A DNA stretch of 64,000 bases from Flavobacteriales bacterium (GCA_038259825.1 JBBSOK010000001.1:3125-67124); one strand, 5' to 3'. Counted from the stretch's first letter, positions 38,387 through 50,115 are shown. The notes: a model not told the origin generated them from the sequence alone. Made by a program: numbers and translations.

Positions 38387-40276
38387 CTATTTTTTAAGAT
38401 CATACGCAAATATTGAATTATTGTCTGCCATATAGTACAGTATTCCTCCGATTTCATCTACTTGATATTCTGGTTTTTTATCCTTTAAAATAATTTCCTT
38501 TTCCATTTTACCAGTATCCTTGCTTAACTTCACAAGACCTACACCATCGTCTAATTTTGTTAAAACAAATTGATTATTTGCTGTTGCTGCGGTAGCCTTA
38601 AAACGCTTGAACAATTCAGAAACTGAAGCTCCTGCAGCTACTGCCATTCCGCCAGCAAGGTTTGCATCTATTTCAGATTCACGGTCGTAACCAGCTAATT
38701 TATTTTGCATAGAACTATTTGCAGCTGCCATTGCTGTAGTTGCTGCTGCAACAGCTGTAACACCAGCTATTATAGCACCCATTGCGCTTTTTCCTGGTGC
38801 TCGGTAGTACTCGTGCCAGCCTTTTGTACCTTCCCAATCTAGCATCATCATATTTTGGTCACTTGTTAATAACAATCCACCATTTCTAACTTCTATGTGG
38901 GTAGGATTTTCTTTGCCTTCAAATTTAGACTCTGCAAGATTTTTTACTTCGCCGCTATTTGCATCTACTGCAAAAAGTTGATCGTCTGCACTTATTAAAT
39001 ACCTATTTCTGTCTTTATCCATTGTTGAAGAAACTGCATCGGCACGTTTGTATTTTAATGGTTTATCCCAAACTTGTTCGCCTGTTTTAAGATTTACAAT
39101 ATTGGCATCTTCAGAAGTTATATATATTAAACCTTGAGGTGTATGCGCCATTGTTAAAATATTTTCGCCGGTCTTTAATGGTTTTTTAAACAGCGTTTTA
39201 CCATCAAAAGAAATTTTGTTTATCCCACCTTGGTAAATACCGAATAATATACCGTCTTCCATAACATAAAAATGTTGAACGTATCCTTTTGTCTTCGGTG
39301 CTTTATCCCAAAGATCCTCGCCAGTGGATGCGCTCAAAAAAGAAATATTACTTTCATTTTTGGCTGCAAAAACACTTTCATTACCACCATCGTTAGTATC
39401 ACTTACAACTGCAATACCATTTGGTAATATTTGAAAATTTGAAATTTGCCCTTTCACTTTATGATCGTCTTTCCAAAGCTCGGCACCATTAATTCCCAGT
39501 TTATGAATTCGTGTGTTTTTGCCTTGGTTAACTCCTTCAAAAGCATAAATTTCTTTTTCGGTTTCATCGGCTACAAGCCAATTCATATTTTTCATTTCAT
39601 TCTGCCAAAGTAATTCGCCAGTTTGTGCTTTCATATTAAATACGCCTTGGGAGGTTGGTATTACTAGGCTATTTTCTAAAAGTAGTGGTCGTCCTGTAAC
39701 CATATATGTTTTGGCTATACCAACTCTTCCAGGTTCGCCAATATCAAACCTATAGTCCTCTTTTCCTGTATTCAGATCATAAACTGCAACTTGTGCGGCA
39801 TATTTTTCTTTTGAAGTACGATTACCGCTAACAATCAATTTATTTTGCGGCATCATAACATCACAAGTTATTACGTCTTTCCAGCCGTTACCTTCGGTGC
39901 TAAAAAGCGTTTTGCCAGATATATAATCTATAACAGTTTTCTTTGAGCTAAGATTAGCAAAACCACCTTGGTAAATAATTACATACGGTGCATTTGGAAC
40001 GTAGGTTAATTCCTCTGGTTTAACCCTTCCATATTCTGTAAAATTGAAAAGTAAATTGTTGCTTCCTGGCTTAACGCCAACTAAGCCATCATTTGTTGCT
40101 ACAACCAAGGTTCCTCCTTGAGTAAGTGTCATTTCATTAATGTTTGCCCCAACATCGTATCTAAAGTCGGGATTTTCGGCTCTTTGTCCAAATACGGAAC
40201 TTGAAATTAGCAGTAAGCCAATAAATTTTAATAGTGTAAAAGTTTTCATAATCGTGGTTTTAAATTGTTTGATCAA
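38387..40276 (-). CDS. Secreted beta-propeller (PQQ-like repeat) protein
   Basis: It has a signal peptide and repeated motifs (G..LW, TGE.VW, G..LF) typical of PQQ/BamB-like propeller blades. An Ala-rich hydrophobic segment lies near the C-terminus. Confidence 0.5.
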   Translation of the reverse strand: MIKQFKTTIMKTFTLLKFIGLLLISSSVFGQRAENPDFRYDVGANINEMTLTQGGTLVVATNDGLVGVKPGSNNLLFNFTEYGRVKPEELTYVPNAPYVIIYQGGFANLSSKKTVIDYISGKTLFSTEGNGWKDVITCDVMMPQNKLIVSGNRTSKEKYAAQVAVYDLNTGKEDYRFDIGEPGRVGIAKTYMVTGRPLLLENSLVIPTSQGVFNMKAQTGELLWQNEMKNMNWLVADETEKEIYAFEGVNQGKNTRIHKLGINGAELWKDDHKVKGQISNFQILPNGIAVVSDTNDGGNESVFAAKNESNISFLSASTGEDLWDKAPKTKGYVQHFYVMEDGILFGIYQGGINKISFDGKTLFKKPLKTGENILTMAHTPQGLIYITSEDANIVNLKTGEQVWDKPLKYKRADAVSSTMDKDRNRYLISADDQLFAVDANSGEVKNLAESKFEGKENPTHIEVRNGGLLLTSDQNMMMLDWEGTKGWHEYYRAPGKSAMGAIIAGVTAVAAATTAMAAANSSMQNKLAGYDRESEIDANLAGGMAVAAGASVSELFKRFKATAATANNQFVLTKLDDGVGLVKLSKDTGKMEKEIILKDKKPEYQVDEIGGILYYMADNNSIFAYDLKK

Positions 40277-40497
40277 ATATTGAACTATTTGAAAGTGAAA
40301 TCAATAAGGCAATTGTCGTATACTCAATTTATTTATGTTTAGTATTCGGTGTTTGAATGAAATATAAAGGCGCAGTATAAATTTTGGGCCAAAGAATTTT
40401 TGAAGTTTTATTTGAAGACATAAAATTGATAAAGCCAAAGCGTGAAAAAATAGTTGCTTTGGCTTATTTTTATTAAAGTAAAATTTTTTCTGAATAT

Positions 40498-41997
40498 TTA
40501 ATCCTTTATTATTTTAATTGATTTTGACATTTCGTTTGCACTAATTTTTAAAAAGTATACACCAGCTGAACCTTTCACGGAAAATTCAACGATGCTTTGG
40601 TCATTAGCTTCAAGACTGTTTATTTCTTTCCCAAACATATCATATTGTACAATGTTAATTTTTGAAGTTACATTGCCTAAGTCAAATGTTACAATATCTC
40701 GTGTTGGATTAGGATATAGCACAATATTTGAACTATCTAAAACTTCATCGACGTTTAAAACGCCACCATTATAAACGCGAGCTACACCACTAAAAGCACC
40801 GTTTAAGCTAGATAAAGGTGTGCCAATTGCAATGGTCTCACCATTGGCCGATATAGCTGCCGAAAAGCCCATAAACTCTAAATCTACCACGCCGCTAATT
40901 GCATTGTCTACTTGTTGCCAAGTTTCGCCAACCAGTTTGAATACGCGCGACTGACCTCTAAATTGACCATCGCCTTGACTGTCTGGTGAGCCAATTAAAA
41001 TTGTGCTACCATCTGCCGAAAGCTTTACAGATGTTCCCGAACTATCCCCATTGTTTTCCCCAAAAATAGATTCTCCTTTTTTAATCCAAGAAGTTCCATT
41101 CCAATCGTAAGCTCTAATTTCTCCAGTAAAATTCAATAAACTTATGGAGGAACCTATAACACGGTTTCCATCTGCAGAAAAATCTACATTTTTCCCAAAA
41201 AAATCTGTTTCAGCTAGACCGTTTATAGTTTCGCCCAATTGAGACCAAGTAGTGCCATTCCATTCAAAAACACGAATATTTCCCGCGTCTGGAAAAGCTT
41301 CGTCATTTTGGTGTGAACCCATTGCTATTCTATTGCCATCTCCAGAAAGTTTAATTGAAAAACCCATTAAATCCATGTTAGCTTGTCCGCTAATTTTTGT
41401 GCCAATTTGTTGCCAAGTGGAACCAGTTAATTCATAAATGCGTACTTCTCCTAATTGAGATCCGTTAGCACCTGCGTACGGCGCGCTTACAGCAACTCTA
41501 TTTCCGTTTTCCGAAATTGAAACTGCCCAGCCAAAATTATCTCCATTAAAAAACCCGTTTATTTCATCGCCAACAGGTAGCCAACTACTGCCATTCCATT
41601 CTAAGACATTTGCTTTACCTGTAAAATTTCCGTTGGGAGTTGTAATAAATGTAGTACCAAAAATTACACGCGAACCACTATCGCTAAGTGCTACGCTATA
41701 ACCAAGTTTTGCGTTTGGAATATCGCCATTAATGGGCTCTCCAATAACTGCCCAATCATCTCCGTCATATGAAAGAATACGTACTTGTCCGCTATTAACG
41801 CCGCCAAAATCTGCATTCGGCGAACCTACGGCCAAGATAGTTCCATCCGCATTCATTGAAATTGCGTGACCAACCCCATAATTCTCGCTTCCAAAAATAT
41901 CTGTGCCAATTTGTTGCCATTGGCAGTACATTTGGTTTACAAACAAAAGTGTGAGTGACAGTAAAATTATTTTTAAATTAGAAGTATTTCTTTTCAT
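40498..41997 (-). CDS. T9SS type A sorting-domain protein with FG-GAP-like propeller repeats
   Basis: Repeated G..V.....W.Q.G segments are followed by a C-terminal IVLYPNPTRDIVTF...VYFLKI T9SS tail. Confidence 0.75.
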   Translation of the reverse strand: MKRNTSNLKIILLSLTLLFVNQMYCQWQQIGTDIFGSENYGVGHAISMNADGTILAVGSPNADFGGVNSGQVRILSYDGDDWAVIGEPINGDIPNAKLGYSVALSDSGSRVIFGTTFITTPNGNFTGKANVLEWNGSSWLPVGDEINGFFNGDNFGWAVSISENGNRVAVSAPYAGANGSQLGEVRIYELTGSTWQQIGTKISGQANMDLMGFSIKLSGDGNRIAMGSHQNDEAFPDAGNIRVFEWNGTTWSQLGETINGLAETDFFGKNVDFSADGNRVIGSSISLLNFTGEIRAYDWNGTSWIKKGESIFGENNGDSSGTSVKLSADGSTILIGSPDSQGDGQFRGQSRVFKLVGETWQQVDNAISGVVDLEFMGFSAAISANGETIAIGTPLSSLNGAFSGVARVYNGGVLNVDEVLDSSNIVLYPNPTRDIVTFDLGNVTSKINIVQYDMFGKEINSLEANDQSIVEFSVKGSAGVYFLKISANEMSKSIKIIKD

Positions 41998-42142
41998 CTT
42001 TTAGTTATTTAAATTTATAGTAAAATTGAAGATTTGAAAAAACAAAAACAATAAGGCATTTGTCCTATTTTGAACACATAAGAAGAGGTATAATGTTATT
42101 ACTAAATTAATTGGGTCGTTATTTTTTCTTTTTTAGTTAGGC

Positions 42143-42180
42143 AAAAAAAACCGAGAGCTAAGCAAATGCTCAACTCTCGG
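42143..42180 (-). terminator. Rho-independent terminator
   Basis: The stem CCGAGAG...CTCTCGG is followed on the minus strand by a run of 8 T. It lies downstream of the lipoprotein gene. Confidence 0.6.
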
Positions 42181-42222
42181 CCCACGTAAAAACCTCAACA
42201 CTTGAGATTTTTCTTAAATGTG

Positions 42223-42735
42223 TTACTGTCTTGTAATTGAAATATTAAATTCACCATCTGTTATTGAAACAGTATCACTTGCATTATTCAGGTTTACGCC
42301 AGTAAAGCTTAAAGTCCCACTAACTGTTGTTCCGTCATAACTAGACACATTAATTTGTCCACCGGCTCCAGTTACTGTTGTGTATATAACAACTGTGTTA
42401 GGGTCTGGATTGGCAGGATCTGGTAAATAGCTATAGGTACCAATGTTGAGAAGACCTAAATCATAAGTGCCAACACCATCAAAATCCTGTATAATAATCT
42501 GGAGATTTTCGGATGCTGAAGTGCCACCGCTCACGGCCAATGTTTTGATTGGGCCAGAATCTACCTCGCGCGCTACAACTGTTCCATCAAGCCCGGAAAA
42601 GTCATTGCCATTCACTTTAGCTGTAAAACTGCCAGAGCCACCAGTTGCTTCTGGACCAGCGTCATCATCACTTTTGCAAGATGTTATTGCCAAACTTACA
42701 AAAAGCGTCAGCATAATTGTTTTTAGAATTTTCAT
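42223..42735 (-). CDS. Lipoprotein of unknown function
   Basis: It has a lipobox (LAITSCKSDDD) and a beta-rich body. Confidence 0.5.
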   Translation of the reverse strand: MKILKTIMLTLFVSLAITSCKSDDDAGPEATGGSGSFTAKVNGNDFSGLDGTVVAREVDSGPIKTLAVSGGTSASENLQIIIQDFDGVGTYDLGLLNIGTYSYLPDPANPDPNTVVIYTTVTGAGGQINVSSYDGTTVSGTLSFTGVNLNNASDTVSITDGEFNISITRQ

Positions 42736-42920
42736 AATTGTATGTTTTAGTTATTTTGTTGAATACAAATTTGAAGCCTTTTGTAGTTTTTAACAATAGG
42801 GCAATTGTCGTATTCGCAATAGAAACTGAAATCAAAATCAAAAATGAATGGAGCGTCATCATTCCTACTGATAGGACTAATTGTACGGAATAAAATAAGT
42901 GTTAGTCGTAGTTTGGAGTG

Positions 42921-43916
42921 TTAAAACGCAATGTTTGGAAGCTGTAATTTTACCTTTTCAATTTTTTGTTGAAGATTTTTTTGAAATTGATTATGCGCTG
43001 CACTTTTCGGGTTAAAAGGCTTGTGCTTTAAACCATTTTGAATAGTTTCAATTTCGTTTTGAAGATTTTCAGTTTCATTTGCAATCCAAACTTCTTTAAA
43101 ATGCTGCCAAATAATTTCAATTGCAGTTTTATTTGGATGAAGCATATCTTCCGCATAAAAACGGTAATCCCGAAGTTCGTCCATCATAATTTCAAAAGAA
43201 GGAAAATAGAAAGATTGAAGATTAACGATTGAAGAGCGCTGACTGTCGATTTTTAAATATTGATTTATGGCTGAAATTAAATGTGCCTTGCTCAAGGTAT
43301 TTTCCTGAAAACCATCTTTTATATGCCGAACGGGCGAAACGGTAAGTACTAACGTTGCTTTCGAATTTATTTTTGAAATCTTATAGATTGTATTTTGAAT
43401 ACTTTCTGAAATTGTTTCAATAGAAAGTAATTCTTTATTGAAGTTTTTTTGAGGTACTTTATGGCAATTGGCTACAATTTGATTTTTCTGGTCACTGAGC
43501 GAAGCCGAAGTGTCTATATTACGGTAAACCCAAGAAGTGCCATACGTAATAATTATGTGTGTTGAAGAAAATAAAGCCTCGCGCAAATTTTGCAGAGCTG
43601 AATTTAAATTGGCTAAAATTTCAGTTCTATTTAAAGCCGAAAGTTCTGAATGTGCGTCAAAACATTTCCAGATTTCGTTCTGTAGAAAAATATCGTTTTC
43701 GGTAAATAAATTATTTGTAATTGCCCTAACAACTAATTTTTCAATTGAAACAGGATTAAAAATTACCCCAAATGGATTTTGAACATTTTGAAACTTATAA
43801 AACTCAAATTTTTCACCAATATTTTCACTAAAACAGCTACCTAATAATAAGACTTTAGAATTGTAGTCTATTTTTGGTAGCTGAGGTTTTAATGGTATTT
43901 TGGTTTGTAGTTTCAT
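42921..43916 (-). CDS. GSCFA-family protein
   Basis: An LLGSCFSENIG motif lies near the N-terminus, which is the namesake GSCFA signature. Confidence 0.8.
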   Translation of the reverse strand: MKLQTKIPLKPQLPKIDYNSKVLLLGSCFSENIGEKFEFYKFQNVQNPFGVIFNPVSIEKLVVRAITNNLFTENDIFLQNEIWKCFDAHSELSALNRTEILANLNSALQNLREALFSSTHIIITYGTSWVYRNIDTSASLSDQKNQIVANCHKVPQKNFNKELLSIETISESIQNTIYKISKINSKATLVLTVSPVRHIKDGFQENTLSKAHLISAINQYLKIDSQRSSIVNLQSFYFPSFEIMMDELRDYRFYAEDMLHPNKTAIEIIWQHFKEVWIANETENLQNEIETIQNGLKHKPFNPKSAAHNQFQKNLQQKIEKVKLQLPNIAF

Positions 43917-43939
43917 TTTTTGCGTAAATGCACAAAGTT

Positions 43940-46552
43940 TTAGTTCAGATATTCTTTTGCTTTTTCCAAAGCCTCATTAATACCATCAGGATTTTTACCG
44001 CCAGCTGTTGCAAAAAATGGTTGTCCGCCGCCGCCGCCTTGAATGTATTTTCCTAACTCTCTAACTATCTTGCCAGCATCAAACTTTTTATCTTCAACTA
44101 ATTCTTTACTTATATAACAAGCTAACAAAGCTTTCCCTTCATTCTCGCTTCCAAATATTAAAAATAGATTTTCAACTTCACCTCCAATTTCAAAAGCAAG
44201 ATCTTTCATTCCCCCAGCATCTAAATCTATTTTTTTAGCCAAAAAGTTTATACCATTTTTTGCTTCAATTTCAGTTTTAAAATCCCCTTTTAAATTTTTT
44301 GCTTTATCCTTTAAAAGCTGTTGAATTTGCTTTAGTAAATTATTGTTTTCTTCTTGCAAACCTTCAACGGCTTTTACGGGATCTGGATTGTTGTTTAAGG
44401 CAAGTTGAACTTCCTTAAAAGCATTACTTTTCTGAATAAAATATTCTTTTGCAGCATCGCCAGTAATTGCCTCGATTCTTCGTATTCCAGACGCTACAGC
44501 GATTTCGCTAGTTATAATAAAATGCCAGATATTTGCCGTATTTTGAACGTGGGTACCTCCACAAAGTTCCATAGACTTTCCAAACTTTATTGCTCTAACG
44601 CTATCGCCATATTTTTCTCCAAATAAAGCAATAGCACCTTCATCTAATGCTTGTTGATACGGAATACCGCGACGTTCTTCCAACGCTAAATCCTCTTGGA
44701 TTCGTGCGTTTACAAAATCTTCAACTTCCCTTAATTGCTCGTCTGTAACTTTGCTGAAATGTGAAAAATCGAAACGTAAATTTCTGCTATGCACGCTACT
44801 TCCCTTTTGACCAACGTGCTCGCCTAGAATAGTGCGCAAACCTTGATGCAATAAATGGGTTGCGGTGTGGTTTGAAGCTGTTCTGCTTCGCTGTTTTTCA
44901 TCTACAACGGCTTTAAAAGTTTCATCTAAATTGCGAGGTAAATTTTTTGCGAAGTGTATTATAAGATTATTCTCTTTTTTGGTGTCTATAATGTAAACAA
45001 GCCCACCATCAGGGCTTTTTAAATATCCTTTATCGCCAGTTTGGCCTCCACCTTCAGGATAAAATGGCGTAAGATTAAATACAAGTTGAAACAAAGTTCC
45101 ATCCTTTTTACTTTCAATTTGGCGATAACGTGTTATTTTTACTTGAGTTTCCAGATAATCATAACCGACAAATTCTTCAATAGCATCATCACTTAAAATA
45201 ATCCAATCTCCAGTTTCTACTTTGGTTGCCGAGCGGGAACGGTCTTTTTGTTTTTGAAGCTCTTTATCAAATTCTTTTTCATTTAAAGAATATCCTTTTT
45301 CGCTTAAAATTAATGAGGTTAAATCTATTGGAAAACCAAATGTATCATACAATTCAAAAGCCTTTTTTCCTGAAATTTCTTTGGAATTGGCTTCGTTAAT
45401 AACATTATCCAATAATACCAAACCTTGGTCCAACGTTCGTAAAAAAGATAGTTCTTCTTCTCTAATAACATTTGTGATCAGATTTTTTTCTGAAACAAGT
45501 TCGGGGAATGCTTCGCCCATTTGTTTGCTAAGCGTTTCAACCAATTTATAAATAAAGGGTTCTTTCGTATTTAAAAATGTGAAACCGTATCGGATTGCTC
45601 TTCGTAAAATTCGTCTAATTACATAACCAGCACCTGTATTACTTGGCAATTGTCCATCTGCTATTGAAAAGGAAACCGCACGAATGTGGTCTGAAATTAC
45701 CCGGATTGCAATATCAACTTCTTCATTCTCGCCGTATTTACTATTTGTAACTGCCTCAATTTCTCTGATAATTGGCACAAAAACATCGGTATCATAATTA
45801 CTTTGAGTGTCTTGCAAAACCATACAAAGTCTTTCAAAACCCATTCCGGTATCTACGTGGCTTGCAGGTAATTTTTCTAAAGATTTGTCTGCTTTTCGGT
45901 TAAATTGCATGAAAACCAGGTTCCAAATTTCAACCACTTGTGGGTGGTCGTTGTTTACCAAATCTGCACCAGGGATTTTTGCTTTTTCTTCTTCCGAACG
46001 AATATCTACATGAATTTCACTACAAGGTCCACAAGGCCCTTGGTCGCCCATTTCCCAAAAGTTGTCTTTTTTATTTCCGTTTAAAATTCGGCTTTCGGGT
46101 ACAAATTGTTTCCACAAATCATATGCTTCGGTATCTCTTTCGAGATTTTCAGAGGTGTCTCCTTCAAAAACTGTAACATATAAAATATCTTTATCAATTC
46201 CATAAACTTCGGTTAAAAGCTCCCAAGCCCATTCAATAGCTTCCTTTTTAAAATAGTCTCCAAAACTCCAATTGCCCAACATTTCGAACATTGTGTGGTG
46301 ATAGGTATCTTTTCCAACCTCTTCAAGATCGTTGTGTTTACCACTTACACGTAGGCATTTTTGAGTATCTGCAATACGCGGATTTTTAGGTGTATTGTTG
46401 CCAAGAAAATACTCTTTAAACGGAGCCATCCCGCTATTGGTGAACATTAACGTAGGATCGTTTTTTAAAACCATTGGTGCAGAAGCAACAATTTCGTGCT
46501 GTTTACTGTGGAAAAATTCTAAAAATTTTGAACGTATTTCGCGAGACTTCAT
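43940..46552 (-). CDS. alaS: Alanine--tRNA ligase
   Basis: The protein is 870 aa with [28 protein letters not shown], the editing-domain motifs HTATHLL and CGGTHV, and a C-terminal DHHA1-like tail. Confidence 0.97.
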   Translation of the reverse strand: MKSREIRSKFLEFFHSKQHEIVASAPMVLKNDPTLMFTNSGMAPFKEYFLGNNTPKNPRIADTQKCLRVSGKHNDLEEVGKDTYHHTMFEMLGNWSFGDYFKKEAIEWAWELLTEVYGIDKDILYVTVFEGDTSENLERDTEAYDLWKQFVPESRILNGNKKDNFWEMGDQGPCGPCSEIHVDIRSEEEKAKIPGADLVNNDHPQVVEIWNLVFMQFNRKADKSLEKLPASHVDTGMGFERLCMVLQDTQSNYDTDVFVPIIREIEAVTNSKYGENEEVDIAIRVISDHIRAVSFSIADGQLPSNTGAGYVIRRILRRAIRYGFTFLNTKEPFIYKLVETLSKQMGEAFPELVSEKNLITNVIREEELSFLRTLDQGLVLLDNVINEANSKEISGKKAFELYDTFGFPIDLTSLILSEKGYSLNEKEFDKELQKQKDRSRSATKVETGDWIILSDDAIEEFVGYDYLETQVKITRYRQIESKKDGTLFQLVFNLTPFYPEGGGQTGDKGYLKSPDGGLVYIIDTKKENNLIIHFAKNLPRNLDETFKAVVDEKQRSRTASNHTATHLLHQGLRTILGEHVGQKGSSVHSRNLRFDFSHFSKVTDEQLREVEDFVNARIQEDLALEERRGIPYQQALDEGAIALFGEKYGDSVRAIKFGKSMELCGGTHVQNTANIWHFIITSEIAVASGIRRIEAITGDAAKEYFIQKSNAFKEVQLALNNNPDPVKAVEGLQEENNNLLKQIQQLLKDKAKNLKGDFKTEIEAKNGINFLAKKIDLDAGGMKDLAFEIGGEVENLFLIFGSENEGKALLACYISKELVEDKKFDAGKIVRELGKYIQGGGGGQPFFATAGGKNPDGINEALEKAKEYLN

Positions 46553-46674
46553 TTATCTAAATTTATGCTAAAGTTTGTAGTTATGGCGTGTGTAAAAACA
46601 ATTTCTATATTTGTAATCCGTTATCTTTGGCTATTGCCAAATTATAACGGGCAAAAATAGCAATTTTTTAACGT

Positions 46675-47652
46675 ATGAGTAAGGTTAAATATTACTATGA
46701 TAGCGATACGCTGTCTTATCAAAAAATAGAAAAGAAGAAAGGGCGAAAATTAGGGATATTTTTCCTTAGTCTCGTAGGGATGATTTTGAGCGGATTTTTA
46801 CTTTTATTGGTTTATATAAATCTACCTTTTGTTGAAACTCCTAAAGAAAAAGCACTGCGCCGAGAGTTGGATAATACCAAACTTCAATTTAGGTTGATAA
46901 ACAAAAAGATAGACGAGGCGCAAGCCGTTCTTTCTGAAATTGAAGAACGCGACAACAATCTTTACCGAGTTTATTTTGAAGCTAATCCAATACCCGAAGA
47001 ACAGCGTAAAGCTGGTTTTGGTGGTGTAAATAGATATAAAACTTTAGAAGGTTTTGATAATAGTGAGCTGATTATTGCAAGCAGCCAAAGAGTGGATATT
47101 CTTACTAAACAAATAGTTGTACAGAGTAAAAGTTTGGATGAAATTGCCAAGTTGGCATCGGATAAAGAGAAACTTTTAGAAGCTATACCGGCAATACAAC
47201 CCGTAAAAAATGCGGATTTGACACGGATTGCGTCAGGTTACGGTTATAGAACAGATCCATTTACAAAAGCAACAAAATTCCATTATGGGATGGATTTTAC
47301 AGCGCCACGTGGAACACCCATATACGCCTCTGGAAATGGGAGAGTTGCTAGGGCAGATGCAACGGCCACAGGTTATGGAAACCACGTAGTTATAGACCAC
47401 GGCTACGGTTATCAAAGTTTATATGCACATTTGTATAAATACAATGTAAAGCCCGGGCAAAAGGTAAATAGAGGAGATGTTATTGGTTTTGTTGGTAGTA
47501 CGGGAAGGTCTGAAGCGCCCCATTTGCACTATGAAATCTTTAAAGACGGAGACCGTATTAACCCGATAAATTTTTACTATGGAAACTTAACACCAGAGGA
47601 ATTTGCAGAAATTTTAAGAAAATCTCAACAGGAAAACCAAAGTTTGGATTAA
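46675..47652 (+). CDS. M23-family peptidoglycan metalloendopeptidase
   Basis: It has an N-terminal TM helix, a coiled coil, HYGMDF, and GNHVVIDHGYGYQSLYAHL with PHLHYEI. Confidence 0.85.
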   Translation: MSKVKYYYDSDTLSYQKIEKKKGRKLGIFFLSLVGMILSGFLLLLVYINLPFVETPKEKALRRELDNTKLQFRLINKKIDEAQAVLSEIEERDNNLYRVYFEANPIPEEQRKAGFGGVNRYKTLEGFDNSELIIASSQRVDILTKQIVVQSKSLDEIAKLASDKEKLLEAIPAIQPVKNADLTRIASGYGYRTDPFTKATKFHYGMDFTAPRGTPIYASGNGRVARADATATGYGNHVVIDHGYGYQSLYAHLYKYNVKPGQKVNRGDVIGFVGSTGRSEAPHLHYEIFKDGDRINPINFYYGNLTPEEFAEILRKSQQENQSLD

Positions 47653-47777
47653 GGAGAAGTGAGATTTTAGATTTGAGACGAAATTTTTTTATTTCGTGTA
47701 ACAAATTGTGGTATTATTGAACATATATCTGAATGCAAAATTGAAAAATCTTAATTCCGAGTTTATAATTAAAACAA

Positions 47778-48107
47778 ATGCACATCAACCTTCCAGAAAA
47801 AAGATATTATGGTATTGGCGAAGTCGCTGAGGCTTTTAGCGTGAATACTTCGTTAATTCGCTTTTGGGAAAAAGAGTTTGATGTATTGCAGCCAAAAAAA
47901 AACGCAAAAGGAAACCGAAAATTTACACCTGCCGACATCAAGAATCTTGAGCTTATTTACCATTTGGTAAAAGAGCGGGGCTTTACATTGGAAGGTGCAA
48001 AAACGCATTTAAAAGAGAACAAACAAAAAACGCTGAATACATTTGAAATTATTCGAAAATTAGAAGGTGTTAAAACAGAATTAATCAAAATTAAAAATCA
48101 ACTTTAA
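47778..48107 (+). CDS. MerR-family transcriptional regulator
   Basis: YGIGEVAEAFSVNTSLIRFWEKEF is an N-terminal MerR HTH. Confidence 0.8.
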   Translation: MHINLPEKRYYGIGEVAEAFSVNTSLIRFWEKEFDVLQPKKNAKGNRKFTPADIKNLELIYHLVKERGFTLEGAKTHLKENKQKTLNTFEIIRKLEGVKTELIKIKNQL

Positions 48108-48119
48108 ACAAATTATATT

Positions 48120-48743
48120 ATGAAAAAAGGACTAGGGTGCGTAATTGCAATAGTTGTTGTAATTGCCATTGTTGCAATAGCTGCATTTACAATGGGACCA
48201 AAATTTTACAATACTGGTATTACACTTCAGGAAAATGCTGTAGCGCAATGGGGTAATGTTGAAAGTTCATACCAACGTAGGTCAGATTTAATACCAAATA
48301 TTGTTAATACCGCAAAAGGCTATGCAGAGTTTGAGCAAACCACATTAACCCAAGTAATTGAAGCAAGAAGTAAAGCTACAGGAGTAACCATTGATCCAAG
48401 CAATGTAACTGCGGAACAAATGGCTCAGTTTCAACAAGCACAAAGTAACGTTTCTGGTGCTTTATCGAGATTATTAGTTACTGTGGAGAGATATCCAGAC
48501 CTAAAAGCTAATGAGAACTTTAAAGAACTAATCAACGAGCTTGAACGTACCGAAAACCGCATAAATGTTGAAAGAAATAGGTACAATGAATCTATTAATC
48601 CATTTAATCAGCACATTAAAAAGTTCCCTAATAATTTGATCAATAATTTTGTGGGCAAATTTGAGCCTATGGAATATTATAAAGCAGATGAAGGAAGTGA
48701 AGATGCTCCAGAAGTTGATTTTGATTTTGGAAATGATAAATAA
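48120..48743 (+). CDS. LemA-family protein
   Basis: It has one N-terminal TM helix and RYPDLKANENFKELINELERTENRINVERNRYN. Confidence 0.85.
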   Translation: MKKGLGCVIAIVVVIAIVAIAAFTMGPKFYNTGITLQENAVAQWGNVESSYQRRSDLIPNIVNTAKGYAEFEQTTLTQVIEARSKATGVTIDPSNVTAEQMAQFQQAQSNVSGALSRLLVTVERYPDLKANENFKELINELERTENRINVERNRYNESINPFNQHIKKFPNNLINNFVGKFEPMEYYKADEGSEDAPEVDFDFGNDK

Positions 48744-48749
48744 AGAAAT

Positions 48750-49217
48750 ATGTCTAAAGTAGAAAAATTTCTAAATTCTGAAGAAGAAAAAGAAATTATT
48801 GAAGCAATCCGAATAGCTGAAAAAAATACTTCAGGTGAAATTCGGATACATTTGGAAGAGAAATCTGTTTCAATAGATGAAAATGAAGAAGAAGTTGAAG
48901 TAGATTCCTTTGATCGTGCCGAAGAAGTTTTTGAAATGCTCCACATGGCAAATACAAAACACGCAAATGGTGTCCTCATTTATATTGCGGTTAAGGATAG
49001 AACGCTCGTAATTATGGGTGATAAAGGCATAAATGATGTGGTGCCTACGGATTTTTGGGAGAGTACAAAAGATACCATAATCTCGCATTTTAAAAATGGC
49101 GATATGAGAAAAGGCCTCGTTGAAGGAATTTTAAATGCTGGACAACAACTTAAAAAACATTTCCCATACCAAAAAGATGATAAAAATGAACTGCCTGATA
49201 CAATTTCAGTTGGATAA
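48750..49217 (+). CDS. TPM-domain protein
   Basis: The peptides SGEIRIHLE and NGVLIYIAVKDRTLVIMGDKGIN fit a TPM domain. The gene is part of a LemA-TPM-TPM cluster. Confidence 0.7.
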   Translation: MSKVEKFLNSEEEKEIIEAIRIAEKNTSGEIRIHLEEKSVSIDENEEEVEVDSFDRAEEVFEMLHMANTKHANGVLIYIAVKDRTLVIMGDKGINDVVPTDFWESTKDTIISHFKNGDMRKGLVEGILNAGQQLKKHFPYQKDDKNELPDTISVG

Positions 49218-49365
49218 ACTTTTTACTTTCGTCATTAATTTCAGTTGAACAATTTCTCAAGCAATGAAAAATCGAGCAATTTAACTTTCTGATATTTTAA
49301 ACCTTTAAATTAACGTACTCATCAACTTTTCAAAAAAATATAAATTTCTTTTTGTCATTTTCGTA

Positions 49366-50115
49366 ATGACGTTATTCAGCGGAAATAGTTTCGCGCAATA
49401 CGATATTCCCGAAAAGCCCGAATTGCAAACGTCTGTTTATGATTATGCAAATTTGCTTGACGATGGCCAAAAAAATGCACTCACCGATAAATTAATTAGG
49501 TATGCAGATTCTACTTCAACACAAATAGTTTGCATAATAATTCCTTCAACCAAAGGGGAAGATATAAGTTTTTTAGGTGCGAAATGGGGACAGAAATGGG
49601 GGATTGGCCAAGCAAATGAAGACAATGGGATCGTAATTACACTTGCAACAGAGGACAGAAAAGTTGATATAAATACAGGTTATGGAATAGAATATCGAAT
49701 AACCGATATGATGGCTGAGAGAATTATAAACGGAGTCATGATTCCTGAATTTAAAACAGGAAACTATTACGGCGGACTAGATAAGGGTAGTGATGCAATC
49801 TTTGCAGCTTTAAATGGTGAGTTTAAAGAAGAGAGAACTTTTAAGAAAAAAGAGAGTTTACTTTCAAAATATGGTGCTCTCATTTTTATAGTATTTGTCT
49901 TTTTCATGATTATTATAAGTAGAAAAGGCGGTCGTGGGGGTAAAGGCGGCGGCGGCGGAAGTTTGTTAGACATTATTATACTTAGCAGTCTTGGCAGGAC
50001 AGGCGGCTTTGGCGGCGGAAGCTCAGGAAGCGGTGGTTTCGGTGGCGGTGGCGGCTTCGGAGGTGGTTTTGGCGGCGGCGGTTTTGGCGGCGGTGGTGCT
50101 TCTGGTGGTTGGTAA
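49366..50115 (+). CDS. TPM-domain protein (YgcG-like) with a TM helix and glycine-rich tail
   Basis: The peptides VYDYANLLD...STQIVCIIIPS...NGIVITLATEDRKVDINTGYG fit a TPM domain, and the C-terminal GGFGGG repeats are YgcG-like. The true start may lie upstream (see findings). Confidence 0.75.
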   Translation: MTLFSGNSFAQYDIPEKPELQTSVYDYANLLDDGQKNALTDKLIRYADSTSTQIVCIIIPSTKGEDISFLGAKWGQKWGIGQANEDNGIVITLATEDRKVDINTGYGIEYRITDMMAERIINGVMIPEFKTGNYYGGLDKGSDAIFAALNGEFKEERTFKKKESLLSKYGALIFIVFVFFMIIISRKGGRGGKGGGGGSLLDIIILSSLGRTGGFGGGSSGSGGFGGGGGFGGGFGGGGFGGGGASGGW

